Assembly (NCBI GenBank): GCA_013265495.1
Contig: MU057880.1
Coordinates: forward strand, 186,001 to 250,000
Direction: 5' to 3'
Source of the DNA: Vicugna vicugna
Taxonomy: Eukaryota
Length of the DNA stretch: 64,000 nt
The notes beneath the pieces were generated by a model. The model saw only the letters and a list, made by a program, of their open reading frames with translations. It ran no database searches and was not told the origin of the DNA. Positions 48,374-61,744 of this stretch are shown piece by piece (positions within the stretch are counted from its first letter, which is position 1; each line of letters begins with the position of its first letter). Position numbers and translations under genes: made by a program.

Positions 48374-49460
48374 GACTTACGTTTCCAGGAAGATAGAATA
48401 GACGTTCTTCTTATTTCTTTCAAAGAAACAACTAAAACCCCTGAATATTACATATAATAACATTATATATAATAACCCCAGATATTATATACAAAATGTA
48501 TAACTTTATATATATATATGTGTGTGTGTATGTATATGTCAAACATAAGAGTCTGAAAGGTAGAAAGGAAAAAGAAGACTGTCTAGGGACTATAAGACCC
48601 AAGGAATGACACAGTGGTGAGTTCTTAGAGTATCTTTTTGCCTCATATCTCCCAGACCTGTAGCCAAAGAAACTGGCCAACTGGAAATACCAACAGGCAC
48701 ATGTGAAAAGAGACTCCAAAAAAAGCCTCTCTATCCAAAAGAACCAGGAAAGGGACAGCCTATCAAGGCAGAGAACTTTTAGAAAATAACTTCTCTACTC
48801 CATCCAAACACCAAAGGAGAAAAAACAAATGTGGCTCCATCTCCGTCATGCCAGCAAAGGTCCCGTGAGGAGCCTCCACCTCCATCCTCATAAGACTAGA
48901 GTAAGGTACCCCAATCTCTTCCTGGCCAGGATGGTTTCAGAGATGGCCAAGTAAGGAGACTCTCCTTTCATCTCTACCACCTAGTAACAAGCCTACCCCT
49001 ACAGTGTCAGCGGAGACTGCATGAAGAATGGCACCCCCAAATTCCCAGCCTCACCAAGAAGTAATGAGGACACCCCCAACCGTGTGTCAGCAGAGCACAC
49101 TGTCTTAGGAACTTATACTTCTATTTACAACTGGAAGTTACAAGGCAGTTCTTCTCCTGCTAGAGTGGTGTCACATAAATCCAGCCAAAATAGGTTTAAA
49201 TAAAATATGGCCTCATGATATAACAGAAAAATGTCCAAGTGTCAGTCAAAAGTCACCTCTTACATCAAGAAACAGGGAAAGTCTAAAACTGAATGAAAAA
49301 AATAACAGATGACAACACCAATATGTCAAAGTTGTTAGAATTATCTGACAAAGACTTTAAAGCAGCCATGATTAGAACACTTCAATTAGCAATTATAGAA
49401 ACAAATGGAAAACAGAAACCCTCAGCGAAGAAATATAGCATCAGCAAAGATATAAAATAT
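48374..49460 (+). mobile_element. Old L1 (L1MC/MD-type) 5'UTR and ORF1 start
   Basis: TTTCCAGGAAGATAGAATAGACG start. ORF1-like LELSDKDFKAAMIRTLQ in ORF 49293-49490. Confidence 0.75.
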
Positions 49461-52400
49461 AAGAGTGATGTCAGCATCATAGCAGAGTGAAGTGTTCCCT
49501 TTTTCTCTCCGCTTCAATCTACAAGTAAAGCATCCACAACTCAAAAAATATATCTTTGCTCATTACACTGGGACACTGGAGAATTCCACAAATCTATACA
49601 TCTAAAGGTGAGTGGACTAGTATAGATAGAGGAAGCAGAACCAGGGAAATGGTAGAAGCAGTGCCAGCAATCTTGGCCCCCAGCCATAACAGCTGAGACC
49701 CTGCAACCTCAGAGAACCTGGCAGCAGCAGGGAAGGCAGCTCACACAACTCCAACCTCCAGGCAGCAACTGTACCCATGGCATAGGCAACTGGAGAGAAG
49801 TAGCAGCAGAGGCTGGGACCCTGTTATCCAGCTGTAAAGATGCTCACAACTCCAGCCCCTCACCCCTGCCTGCAGCAGCGAAGTCCACAAACCTGGCAAC
49901 AACAGACATGGCAGAAGAACTCATAACCCTAGCTCTTTCCCCAGCTCTTCTGTCCCCTCATGGTTGCAGAGCCTGCAAATCAGATACCCAGCAGAAGATT
50001 CCCGCCATCCTGGTGCTCCAGGCAGCAATACCAGCAACATTGACAGTAGCAAGACACTAACAACCCTGGAGACACAAGAACTGATAATCAGGGCACTGGG
50101 TGACAACTCTGACAGAGGTAGTGGCAAGTAAGTGCCAACTCTCAAATATAACCAGAAGCAGCTCAGGTAAGAGAAATAAAAAACTTGTGTATAGCATCAC
50201 CTGTGGGAAAATAAAAGAAAAAAACTCTAATTTTAACTTGATGAATCCTTACCATCAAGTTTAAAAAATAAAAAGCTTTACCTTCAGATTCACTATTTCA
50301 AATGCACCAGCAGGTGAATAAATGATCCAAGACCATGAATGAAGAACCACAGTAACACTACAACACACACACACACACACAAGCTAATAATAATAACAAT
50401 TCTGAATCCAAACTTAAATTTATGGAATACTGCAATCTTACCTAAAGAGAATTCAAAAAAGCTGTCATGAAGAAACTCAACAAGTTCCAAAAACACTCAT
50501 AAAGGCAGTTCAGTGAAATCAGGAATAAAATTAATGAGCAGAAGGAATATTTTACCAAAGAGATTAAAACTCTAAAAAAAAAAAATCCAAAGAGAAATCG
50601 TAGAGCTGAAGAACTCAATAAACAAGATGAGGAATGCATTCAGAAGCACTGGAAATGGAACAAACCTCTGTGGAGGACAGTATTTGTGATCTCAAAGATA
50701 AGAATAGAGAAATGATGTAAATAGAAGAGAAAAAAGAATTAAAATATTTTTAAAGTGAGGAAATCTATGAGAGCTATTTGATTCTTTTGGGAAAGGCAAT
50801 ATTGGGGTAACAGGTACCTCAAAAGGGGAAGAGAGGGAGAAAGGAGCAAAATTTATTTAAAGAAACAATCAGAGAACTTCCCAAACCTGGGGAAGAAACT
50901 GGATATACAAGTTAATGAAGTTAAGAGAACACCTAATTACCTCAATACAAAGAGACCTTCTCCAAGACATATTATACTAAAATTGTCAAAAGTCAATGAT
51001 GAAGAAAGAGTTTTAAAGGGAGTCAGGAGAAAAATAATGGTAACCTACAAAGGAACCCCCCTCATTAGGCTATTAGCAGATTTCTCAGTAGAAACCCTAC
51101 AGTCCAGGAGGGGTAACATTCTCAAAATACTGAAAGATTAAAACTGTCAGTGAAGACTACTCTATCTAGCAAAGTTAACATTCAGAAATGAAGGAGAAAT
51201 AAAGCTTTCCCAGACAAACAAAAGCTGAGGGATTTCATCAAAACTGAAACTATCTTGTAAGAAACATCAAAAAGTACACTTCTACCTAAAACTAACAGCC
51301 AAAAGTACAGAAGACTTCAAATAATGTAATAAACAAAATCAGAAAATTGCAATTCTATATCAGAAGAGTTTTTAACACTTTATTATAGCATAAAACTTAA
51401 ATGAAAAGAGTAGAAAAATAAGTATAGTTACTTTAATTTGGTAACAAACTCAATATAAAAAGTGGTAATTTGAGACAACAAAAACACAAAAGATGAAGAT
51501 GAAACATATGGAATCCATATAGGTAAATGAAGATAAGATGCTGTCCACATAAAAAGCTACTTTATCTATAAGATGTTTTTAAAAAACTTCATGGTAACCA
51601 CAAAATATAAATCTAGTGCAGAGACATCAAACCAAAAAAAAAGGGGGAGGGGGATACTGAGAAAATATTATGGAAAACCAACAAACCAAAATGTCCGACA
51701 GAAATATAAGGGAAAAGAAAAAATGGATATATAAAACAATGAGAAAACAAAAGATTAAAAAGCAGTACTAACTTCTCATCTATCCCCCTAAATGTAATAA
51801 TTAGCCTAAAAAATAATCATCCTAAATGTAAATGGATTGAATTCATCAATCAAAAGATACAGAGTGGCTGGATGGATTTAAAAACATCCAGGACATTCAC
51901 CTCAGCTCTAAAGACAAACATAAGCACTAAGGGAAGGAATGAAAGATGATACTCCAAGCAAATGACAGCTGAAAGAAAGCAGATGTAACCAAACTCGAAT
52001 CAGACAAAGTAGACTTCAAGCCAACAAAGATGGACAGCATACAGTAACAAAGGGTATAGTTCATCAAGAAGATATTACAGTTATTAAAATATATACACCT
52101 AACATAGCAGCACAAATACATATATAAAGCTGTTATTAACAGACCTAAAGGGGGAAATTTACAGCATCACAGTAATAGTAAGGGGGCTTTTAATATCCCA
52201 CTTACATCAAAGAAAATTTCATCCAGACTGAAGTTAATAGGGAAAAAAATTGCCTTAAATAAAATGATAGACCAGATGAATTTGTTATAATAATACAGAA
52301 CATTCCCTCTAAATGCAGCAGAATTCACATTCTTTTCAAGTGCACATGGAACTTTCTCAAAGATAGACCACATGTTGGGCCACAAAACAAGTCTCAGTAA

Positions 52401-52480
52401 ATTTTAGAAGACCGAAATCATATCAAGCATCTTTTCTGATCACAATGGTGTGAAACTGGAAATCAAATACACGCAAAGAC
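49461..52480 (+). mobile_element. Second L1: 5'UTR, decayed ORF1, ORF2 endonuclease region
   Basis: GC-richer 5'UTR. ORF1 peptides ENFPNLGKKLDIQV..RPSPRHILLKL..VTYKG. Endonuclease peptides LNVNGLNSSIKRYRVAGWI and GTFSKIDHMLGHK..SDHN. Confidence 0.92.
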
Positions 52481-55400
52481 TTAAGAAATACAAGAATACT
52501 AAATCTATTAAAAAATTGAAAGTTCTTCTCTAAATAGAAAAGAATCAAAGATCTATAGGAAAGAGAAAATCACAAGAGGAAAGGCAAATATATAAAAGAA
52601 TTGAAAATCACTTAAATAAGCCAGAACATAGACTAAAAAATAATTCAAAAAATTTTGTAAAAGTCATTATAGCTATAATTAACAGCAAAAGGATAAGCAT
52701 GAAGATGTAAAATAGAACATCAATATCACAGAATGTGGGCGAGGGACGTAAAAATCATAGATCCTTCAGAATGTGTTTGACTTATATAACTAGCAGTCTA
52801 AAGCAAGTAGATATCGTTACAGGTTAACACACTTGAAAACCAGGGTAACCACAACTCAAAATATACAATAGGTTCACAAAAAAATAGAAAGAAAAGCTCT
52901 CAAGCATAATACAAAAGAAAACATCAAACCACAAAGGGAAAAAGAAAAAGACAAGACAAACTATAAACATAGAATTAATTGGAAAACAAGGTTTAAAATG
53001 GCAATAAATACATACTTATCAATAATAACTTTAAATGTTAATGGACTGAATGCCCAGATCAAAAGACATAGAGTGGCATATTGGATTAAAAAAAAACAAG
53101 AACCCGTAAGATGCAGAATTCAAGAGAATAACTTTCAGCTGAAAAAATACACATAAACTGAAAGCAAGGGGATGGAAAAAGATATTTCACACAAATGGAA
53201 ATGACATGAAACAGGGATAGCAATACTTGTATTAGACAAACTAGATTTTGCAACAAAGGCCATAAAGAAAGACAAAGAAGGACACTATGTAATGTTAAAG
53301 GGATCAACACAAGAAGAGGATATTACACTTGTTATCATATATGCACCAAATATAAGAGCTCCTAAATATATAAAACAAATACTAACAGGCATAAAGGGAG
53401 AAATTAACAGGAATCCAATTATAGTAGGAGACTTTAATACCCTTCTGACATCAATGGACAGATCTTCCAGACAAAAAAAAATCAATATAGCAACAGAGAT
53501 CCTAAAAGATACAATAGTACAGTTGGATTTAAATGATATCTACAGGACTTCAAGCACCTTTTCTGACCACAATGATATGAAACTAGAAATCAACTACAGA
53601 AATAAAAATGGGGGAAAAAATCATTGCGTGGAGATTAAACAACAATCTACTAAAAAAAAAACCAATGGGTCAATGATTAAACCAAAGAGGAACTCAAAAA
53701 TACATGGAGATAAATGACAATAAAAACATAACCTTACAAAATCTATGGGAGATGAAAGACCTATATGCTGAAAACTATAAAAATTTGACAAAGGAAATTG
53801 AAGATGATTCAAAGAAATGGAAAGGTATCTCATGCTCTTGGATTAGAAGAATTAACAATGTTAAAAAGGCCACACTGCCAAAAGCAATCTATGGATTTAG
53901 TTTGATCTCTATCAAATACTCATGACATCTTTCACAGAACTAGAACAAATAATCCTAAAATTTACATGGAACCACAAAAGACCCAGAATTGCCAAAGCAT
54001 TCCTGACAAAAAGGAACAAAGCTGGAGGCATTACCCTTCCAGATCTCAGACAATATTGCAAAGCTACATAAATCAAAACAGCATAGTTTTGGCACAAAAG
54101 CAGACATATAGGTTAATAGAACAGAATAGAGAGCCCAGAAATAAACGCACACACACAATCATGTAATCTACAACAAAGGAGGCAAGAATGTACAATGGAG
54201 AAAAGACAGTCTCTTCAGCAAGTGGTGTTGGGAAAGCTGGACAGCCTCATATAAATCAATGATGTTAGAGCACTCTCTCATACCATATACAAAAATAAAC
54301 TTAAAATGGTTTAAAGACCTAAATATAAGACATGACACCACAAAACTCTTAGAAAAGAACATAGGAAAAACATTTTTTGGCATAAATCATAGCAATATTT
54401 TCTTAGATCAGTTTCCCAAGGCAAAAGAAGTAAAAGTAAAATTGAACAAATGGGACCAATCAAACTTTTAAAAAATTTTTGCATAATGAACAAAACCATC
54501 AACAAAATGAAAAGACAATCTACAAAATGGAAGAAAACTTTTGAAAAGTATGCAACCCATCAGGGGTTAATATTCAAAATATAGAAATAGCTCATACAAC
54601 TCAATATTCAAAAAACAAAAAACTCAATCAAAAAATGGGCAGAAGACTTAAATAGATATTTCTCCAAAGAAGACATACATATGGCCATCAGGCACATACA
54701 AAGATGCTCAACATTGTTAATTATTAGAGAAATGCAAATCAAAACTACAATGTGGCATTATCTCACAGCGGGTAGAATGGCTATCATCAAAATGTCTACA
54801 AATAATAAATGCTGAAGAGGGTGTGGAGAAAAGGGAATCCTCCTACACTGTTGGTGGGACTGTAAATTGGTGCATCCACTATGGGAAACAGTATGGAGAT
54901 TTCTTTAAATGTTAAAAATAGAGCTATCAGATGATCCAGCAGTCTCACTCTTGGGCATATATCTGCAGACTAAACTAATTTAAAAAAATATGTGCATCCC
55001 AATCTTCATAGTAGCACTATTTACAAAAGCCAACACATGAAAACAACCCAAGTACCTCTCAACAGACAATTGGTTTAAGAAGATGTGGTATATATATATA
55101 AAGTATATATATATAAAATATATATATATATGCAGTGGACTATTAGTCAGCCATAAAAGATAATGAAATAATGCCATTTGTAACAACGTAGATGGACCTA
55201 AAGAATATCATGCCAAGTGAAGTTAAGCAGAGAAAGACAAATATTATATGATGTCACTTATATGTGAAATTTTAAAAATAAAAAATAATCTATATATAAA
55301 ACAAAAACAGATTTACAGATATAGAAAACAAACTTTTGGTTACCAAAGGAGAAAGGAAGGGGAAGGATAAACCAGGATTATGAGATTAACAGACACAAAA

Positions 55401-55592
55401 CTCTATATATAAAATAGATAAGCAAAAAGGATTTACTGTATAACACAGGAAACTATATTCAATATTTTGTAATAACCTTTAATCAAAAATAATCTGAATA
55501 TATATATACACATACATATATGTAGCTGAATAACTTTGCTATACACCTGAAACTAACACAATATTGTAAATCTGCTGTACTTCAATTAAAAA
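52481..55592 (+). mobile_element. Third, younger L1: ORF1 end, internally deleted ORF2, 3'UTR and tail
   Basis: ORF2 start MAINTYLSIITLNVNGLNA at 52998, then IYAPN..IIVGDFNT and KDLYAENYK..CSWI. 3' end TACTTCAATTAAAAA. Confidence 0.95.
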
Positions 55593-56020
55593 CACACAAT
55601 CAATCAACAGTATCTAATTGACATTTATACAACACTTCACTCAACAATGGCAGAATATTTTTTTTCAAATGTCTATGGGACATATACTAAAAGACAGCAC
55701 ATCCTGGGCCATGAAATTTCTCAGCTAATTAAAAAGAAATCATGCAGTGTATATTTTTTGACCAAATTGGAATCAAACTAGAAATCAATAATAGAAAGGT
55801 AACAGGAAAAGTTCTAAACACTTGAAGACTAAACAGCACACCTCTAAATAACCTATGGGCTAAACAGGATACCACAAGGGAAATTTTAAAAGTGCACTGA
55901 TGAGAGAAAATTCAGCATATGAGTATTTGTGAGAGGCAGCAAAAGCCCTGCTAAGAGTTTTTTTAACACTAGTTGCTTACATGATCAAGGGGAATGTCTC
56001 AAATCAAAAATCTATTCTCC
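55593..56020 (+). mobile_element. Old L1 ORF2 endonuclease C-terminal fragment (probable continuation of the 48374 host)
   Basis: INQQYLIDIYTTLH..HILGH..GIKLEINNRK-like translation with many disruptions. Confidence 0.75.
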
Positions 56021-57665
56021 ATTTGAGATTCCAATTGCATGTATGTTAAACTGTCTGATGTCCCACAGCTCTTGGATGCCCTGATATGTTTTCTTACTTT
56101 TATTTTTCATTTATGCTTCAGTTTGTATTTCTATTGGCCTATGTTTAGCTAGCTTATTTCTCAGCTATGTCAAAGTCTACAGGTCAGCCCATCAAAATCA
56201 TTCTTTATCTCTGTTATTATGTTTTTAAAAAAATATTTCTAGCATTTACATCTGCTTCTTTCTTACAGTTTCCATCTCTACACTGAAATTCCCCATCTGT
56301 TAAATCCTACTGTCCACTTTTTCTCACTAGAGAATTTAACATATTAATCATAATTATATCAAAGTCCTTGTCTGTTAGTTTCAGCATCTGGACCATCCTC
56401 TCATCTAGTTCTATGATTATTTTGTCTTTTGACAGCAGATTATTGTTCTTTGCTTTTTGTGCATCTTATAATTTTTCATTGAATTCCATACATCTTGTGT
56501 ATACTAGTAGAGACTGACTATATGTTATTTATGCTTGGAAATGTTCGTGCCTCTTCTTCTGCTAGGCTATCAGTGTGGAAGGATGGGAAGGAGTGAGTCA
56601 GTCTAGTCAGGCATTGAGCTGAATTTAAGGTTTTTTTATTGTTATGGTAACTTTCACTGTACTGCTTGCTTCAACTTTCTTTAGCATGTGTTTTAAGGTA
56701 GGGATGGGCCAGCATTTCCAGTGGGTTTTTTTGTTTGCTTGTTTTATGCTAGATCTTAACTTCCAGTCTTCCCTGTGCACCTGCATCACACAAGGCTTCT
56801 TGCTTCACTCATTTTCCCTAAGCCATTGCTATTGCTTACAACCCAGGAGCAAGAGGGGATGAGTTGTTTCTCTGTGGTCATGGTTCAGCCTCATTCTTAG
56901 ACAAGCCATGGGCTCAGGTCTCTGGAGTGGAGCTTTCCTAATGATTGTGCTCTTCTTCCCCATTGCAGCCAAACTCTGCCTTGACTATTCAGTGGGTGTT
57001 GTTTGCAAGAGAGTTCCCTGCCCATTGCCCAAGGATCGGGGAACATAACTATACTAGTGTAGGGTCCTAGCCTTTGCCCCAAGTTAGAAGGTTCCCCCCT
57101 CATTTTACTCTTTCCCCAGCTGCAATGGGTCTTCACATGTCCCTTGGGGATAACAGCATTTGTTTACCTTTCCCTATCGCCTTAAATATTTTGTCCCATG
57201 TGACAGAAAGTCCTGGAGGGGCTTTATGCTTTTTCCCATAGACTCTGCCACTGAGGAAGTCTCCCCATTCTCACTCCTTGCTCTAAACTTTTCTCATGAG
57301 CACCCACTGGAGGTCTGTGGAGAAGAACTTGCAAGTGATTGTAAACTCTATTTGTGTCTATGACTCCCAAGGTTTCAACACTCTCACTTGGCCTTAAGAA
57401 ACTCATTAAAAAGTTTACCTGAATAGCACCCAGCCTCTCTCCCTCCCATGTTGTACCACACATGAGCCAGTGCTTGCTCCTTATTTCTCCTTGGAGCAGA
57501 CTGCTTGTCTTTGGATTTCCAGTTGGTTTCCCTTTGGCATCAGCTCTCTAATGATCTCAAAGGAAAGTCATGATTTTTGTAATTTATCTGACTTTTCTTA
57601 TTTTTAGTGTGGGAGCACTATTTCTAACTTTTTACACCCTTTTTACATCCAAAAAGTAGAAGCCT
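56021..57665 (-). mobile_element. Old L1M 5'UTR/ORF1 start, opposite orientation
   Basis: Reverse ORF1-like ATTCCAATTGCATGTATGTTA..TCCCACAGCTCTTGGATGC and AGTTTCCATCTCT..TTTAACATATTAATCATAATTAT, followed by 5'UTR-like sequence. Confidence 0.7.
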
Positions 57666-58363
57666 CAGAGTTTTCAGTTTATAATTAACATATACTGAGT
57701 AGAAGTCACTAATTCACATGAAGATTGGGATGACACTAATCACATAATTCTTTCCTGGAACCTCATTTTTTCCCCTTGCTTTCTGAACGATTTTGTCTTT
57801 TCAAATATAATCCTTCTGAAATCCGCTGTTAAGTTGACATACCTCAACGGCTGGTTTTTTGAAGCCAAAATTTCAATATTTTATGTATGATAGAGTTATT
57901 TTAACTATTTCTGTTTCCCTCAGTGTGGAATTTAAATTTAAGTTCTTATTTTAAATTAAATTGAGAAATTAATAAAAATTTAACATTATGCACACTTTGA
58001 GATTTTTCTTTCTTAAACACAAAATTAAAACTGCTATATCATTTGAGAAATTGACAGAAGAATAATCAATATGTTAAATTTTTAAAAGCTGGGAGATTAT
58101 ATTCAAAAGCATATGAATAAGATCATTGGCAATTTAAATGTTATAATCATACACGGAATGGTAGAATTTTGGTTTTAAAAAATAGGAGAAATTAAAGGAG
58201 ATTTTTAATACATGCTTATCTCATTTTTTTTCATTTTTTAGTTTTATTAGGTAGGATCATTACAATTTGATTGCACATATACAATATATTGCATGTAAAT
58301 ACATATATATATAATATACTGCACATATTTTTAAATTTATGTATATGTACTGTTCATTGTTTC

Positions 58364-60841
58364 TAGGAAATACCTCGTTTTATTGAACTTTACAGATATT
58401 GCATTTTTTTACAAATGGAAGGTTTGTGGCAACTCTGAGTCTAGCAAGTCTTTCAGTGTTATGCAATTTTAGAACAGCATTTGCTCATTTTATGTCTCTG
58501 TGTCACATTTTGGTAATTATTGCAATACTTAAAATTTTTCCTTACTGTTATATTTGCTGTGTAACTGTGATCAGTGATCTACTATTGTAATTGTTTGGTA
58601 GCGCCACCAACCATACTTATTCATGACAGCATATTTAGTTGATAAATGTCTTGTGTTTTCTGTCTGCTCTGTTGATCAGTGGTTCCTTTGTTTCTCTTCT
58701 CCTTGGGCCTTCCTACTCCCTGAGACACAATAATTTTGAAATTAGGCCAATTAATAATCCTAGAATGGCCTCTTAAGTGTTCAGGTAAAAGAGTCACATG
58801 CCTCTCACTTTGAATCAAAAGCTAGAAATGATTAGGCTTAATGTGAAAGATGTTTTTAAAGCCATGATAGGATGAAAGCTACCCCTCTTGCAACAGTTAG
58901 CCAAGTTGTGATTGCAAAGGAAAAATTCTTGAAGAAAATTTGAAGTGCTACTCCAGTGAACACATAACTAATAAGAAGGTGAAACAGCTGATATGGAGAA
59001 AGTTTGAGTGGTCTGAATAGACGCTCAAATAAGGCACAGCATTCCCTTAAACCAAAGCTTGACCCAGAGCAAAGCCCTAACTCTTTTTAATTCTATGAAG
59101 GCCAAGAGAAGTGAGGAAGGTGCAGAGGGAAAGTTTGAAGATAGCAGAGGTTAGTTCATGAAGTTCAAAGGAAGAAGCCATCTTCATAACATAAAAGTGC
59201 AGAAAGCTGCAGCAAGTTATCCAGAAGATGTAGCTCAGATCATTAACAAAGATGCCTACACTAAACAACAGATTTTTAATGTAGATAAAAGAACCTTCTA
59301 TTGGAAGAAGATGCCATCTAGGATTTTCATAGCTAGAGAGGAGAAGACAATGCTTGGCTTCAAAGCTTCAAAGAACAGGATGACTCTTGTTAGGGGCTAA
59401 TGTAGCTGGTGACATTAAATTGAAGCCAGTGTTCATTTACCATTTTGGAAATCCTAGGGCCTTTAAGAATTATGCTAAATCTACTCTTCCTGTGCTCTAT
59501 AAATGGAACAACAAAGGCTGGATGATAGCACATCTATTTAAAATATGATTTACCAAACACATTAAGGTCATTGTTAAGATCTACTACTAAGAAAAAGGAT
59601 TCCTTTCAAGGGGGAGGGTATAGCTCAAATGGTAGACCACATGCTTAGCATACACAGGGTCCTGGGTTCAATCCCCAGTACCTCCTCTAAAAATAAATAA
59701 AATAAGTTAAACCTAACTACCTTCCCCCCTAATAAAATAAAATAAATGAAGATTTTTTTTAAAGATTCCTTTCAAAATATTATTGATCATTGATAATGCC
59801 CTGGTCACTCAAGAGTTCTAACAGAGTTGTACAAGGAGATTAACTTCATTTTACAGTCTGATAAAACAACATCTATTCTGCAGCCCATGGATAAAGAAAT
59901 AATTTCAAATTTTAAGTCTTATTTTTAAGAAATACATTTCATAAAGCTATAACTGCCATAGATGGTGGTTCCTCTGATAGGTCTGAGCTAAGTCAATTGA
60001 CTTCTGGAAAGCATTCTCCATTCTAGATGCCATTAAGAATATCTATGTGCAGAGATCAAAACATCAACATGAACAGAAGTTTGGAAGAACTTGATTCCAA
60101 TCTTCATGGAAGACTTTGAGGGTTCAAGACTCCAGATGAGGAAGTAACTGCAGATGTGGTGGATTTGCAGGAGAAACAGAGCTAGAAGTGCAGCCTGAAG
60201 ACGTGACTGGATTTCTGCAATCTCATGATAACAGATGAGGAGTTGCTTCTTATGGATGAGTAGACAAAGTGGTTTCTGGAGATGGAATCTACTCCTGGTT
60301 AAGATGCTGTGAAGATTGATAAAATGACAACAAAGGATTTAGAATATTACATAAACTCATTGATAAAACAGCAGCAGGGTTTGAAAGGATTGCCTCCCAT
60401 TTTAAAAGAAGTTCTACTGTGGGTAAAACGCTAGCAAACAACATTGCATGCTGCAGAAAAATTGTTCCTGAAAAGAAGAATCAGTTGGTGACGCAAACTT
60501 CATTGTTGTCCTATTTTAAGAAATTGTCACTGTCACCCCAACCTTCAGCAATCACCACCTTGGTCAGCAGCCATCAACATCAAGGCAAGGCCCCCCACCA
60601 GCAAAAAGATGATTTGCTGAAGGCTCAGATGATGGTTAGCATTCTTTAACAATAAGGTATGTTCAAGGTATGTACATTGTGTATTTAGACATAATGCTAT
60701 TGCACACCTAACAGACTACAGTATAGTGTAAATATAACTTTTATATGCACTGGAAAACACAAGTGTGACCTGCTTTATTGAGATATTCAATTTATTGCAG
60801 TGGTCTGGAACCAAACCCACAATATCTCCAAAGTATCTCTG
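58364..60841 (+). mobile_element. Tigger1 (TcMar-Tigger) DNA transposon, near full length, dead transposase
   Basis: Left end AGG..TACCTCGTTTTATTG and right end CAATATCTCCAAAGTATCTCTG followed by TA. Transposase peptide [35 protein letters not shown] with stops and frameshifts. Confidence 0.96.
59610..59760 (+). mobile_element. Vic-1-like SINE inserted in Tigger1
   Basis: GGGGGAGGGTATAGCTCAAATGGTAGA..GGGTTCAATCCCCAGTACCTCC. TSD aaggattcctttcaa (59595-59609) / aaagattcctttcaa (59761-59775). Confidence 0.95.
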
Positions 60842-61321
60842 TATGTACCAACTGCTATTTCAATACTCTATATGCAGTTTTAATATTCTTTAGCTAGTTT
60901 CATCAGTAACATACTAATCTTACTTTAGTTCATTTTAAGAAAAGGATGTGTCACCAGTAATCAAAATTGAACATTTTTATAAAGCTGTTAAATCATTTCT
61001 GTTCAAGCTATCAAAACATTCTTGATAGAACTATAATTGGTAAATTCATCAAATTGGATATTCTACAAGTTGAACTTTTCTTTAATTCATTTTTTTTGTG
61101 AATTGATTTGTGAACTGTATGTTAGGAAAATTTTCAATTTTAGAATATTGAATATTGACCAATTTACCTGCACACATTAAAGCTTCAAAATTGAAACAAC
61201 TGAAGCATCCATCAATAAGGACACATTAACCACATTATGGTATCTCCATAGAGCTGTGTCCAGAAGAGAATGGTGTCATTTCAACCAGACCGACATGAAC
61301 AAACCTTCAAAATAAGCATTC

Positions 61322-61514
61322 AACACTATATATAAAAATAGATTTTTAAAAATTTCTTCTGTAGAGCACAGGGAACTATATTCACTATCTCGTAATAACC
61401 TTTAAAAAAAAGTATATGAAAATGAATATATGCATGTATACGCATGACTGGGACACTGTGCTGTGCACCAGAAACTGACACATTGTAACTGACTGCACTT
61501 CAATTAAAAACAAA
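61322..61514 (+). mobile_element. Short L1 3' end
   Basis: AGCACAGGGAACTATATTC..GCATGACTGGGACACTGTGCTGTGCACCAGAAACTGACACATTGTAACTGACTGCACTTCAATTAAAAA. Confidence 0.92.
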
Positions 61515-61554
61515 TAGATAAGAAGCAAAGCAAATTACCGCCATTAGAATAATT

Positions 61555-61744
61555 TAGTGATTCTGAAAGTGTGACCCACAGCCCAGTATCATCATCACCT
61601 CCTGGGAACTTGTTAGAAAGGCAAATTCTCAAGTCTCAACTCTAACTTAGTGCATGAGAGACTCTGGGGAGTGGTGTGTTAAAGCAAGCTGTGTTTTAAC
61701 AAGCCCTCCAGGTGACTGTGAAGCATGTTAAATTTAGAGCACTG
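61555..61744. mobile_element. MER5A hAT-Charlie MITE
   Basis: CTGGGAACTTGTTAGAAAGGCAAATTCTC..TGTGTTTTAACAAGCCCTCCAGGTGA..AGCACTG. Confidence 0.88.

Noticed and set aside
53292..54471. Active L1 ORF2
   Set aside because: Fragmented by stops, frameshifts and large deletions including the RT core.
59158..59400. TIGD1-like protein-coding gene
   Set aside because: Part of a Tigger1 fossil with TIRs, multiple stops and frameshifts, and a SINE insertion.
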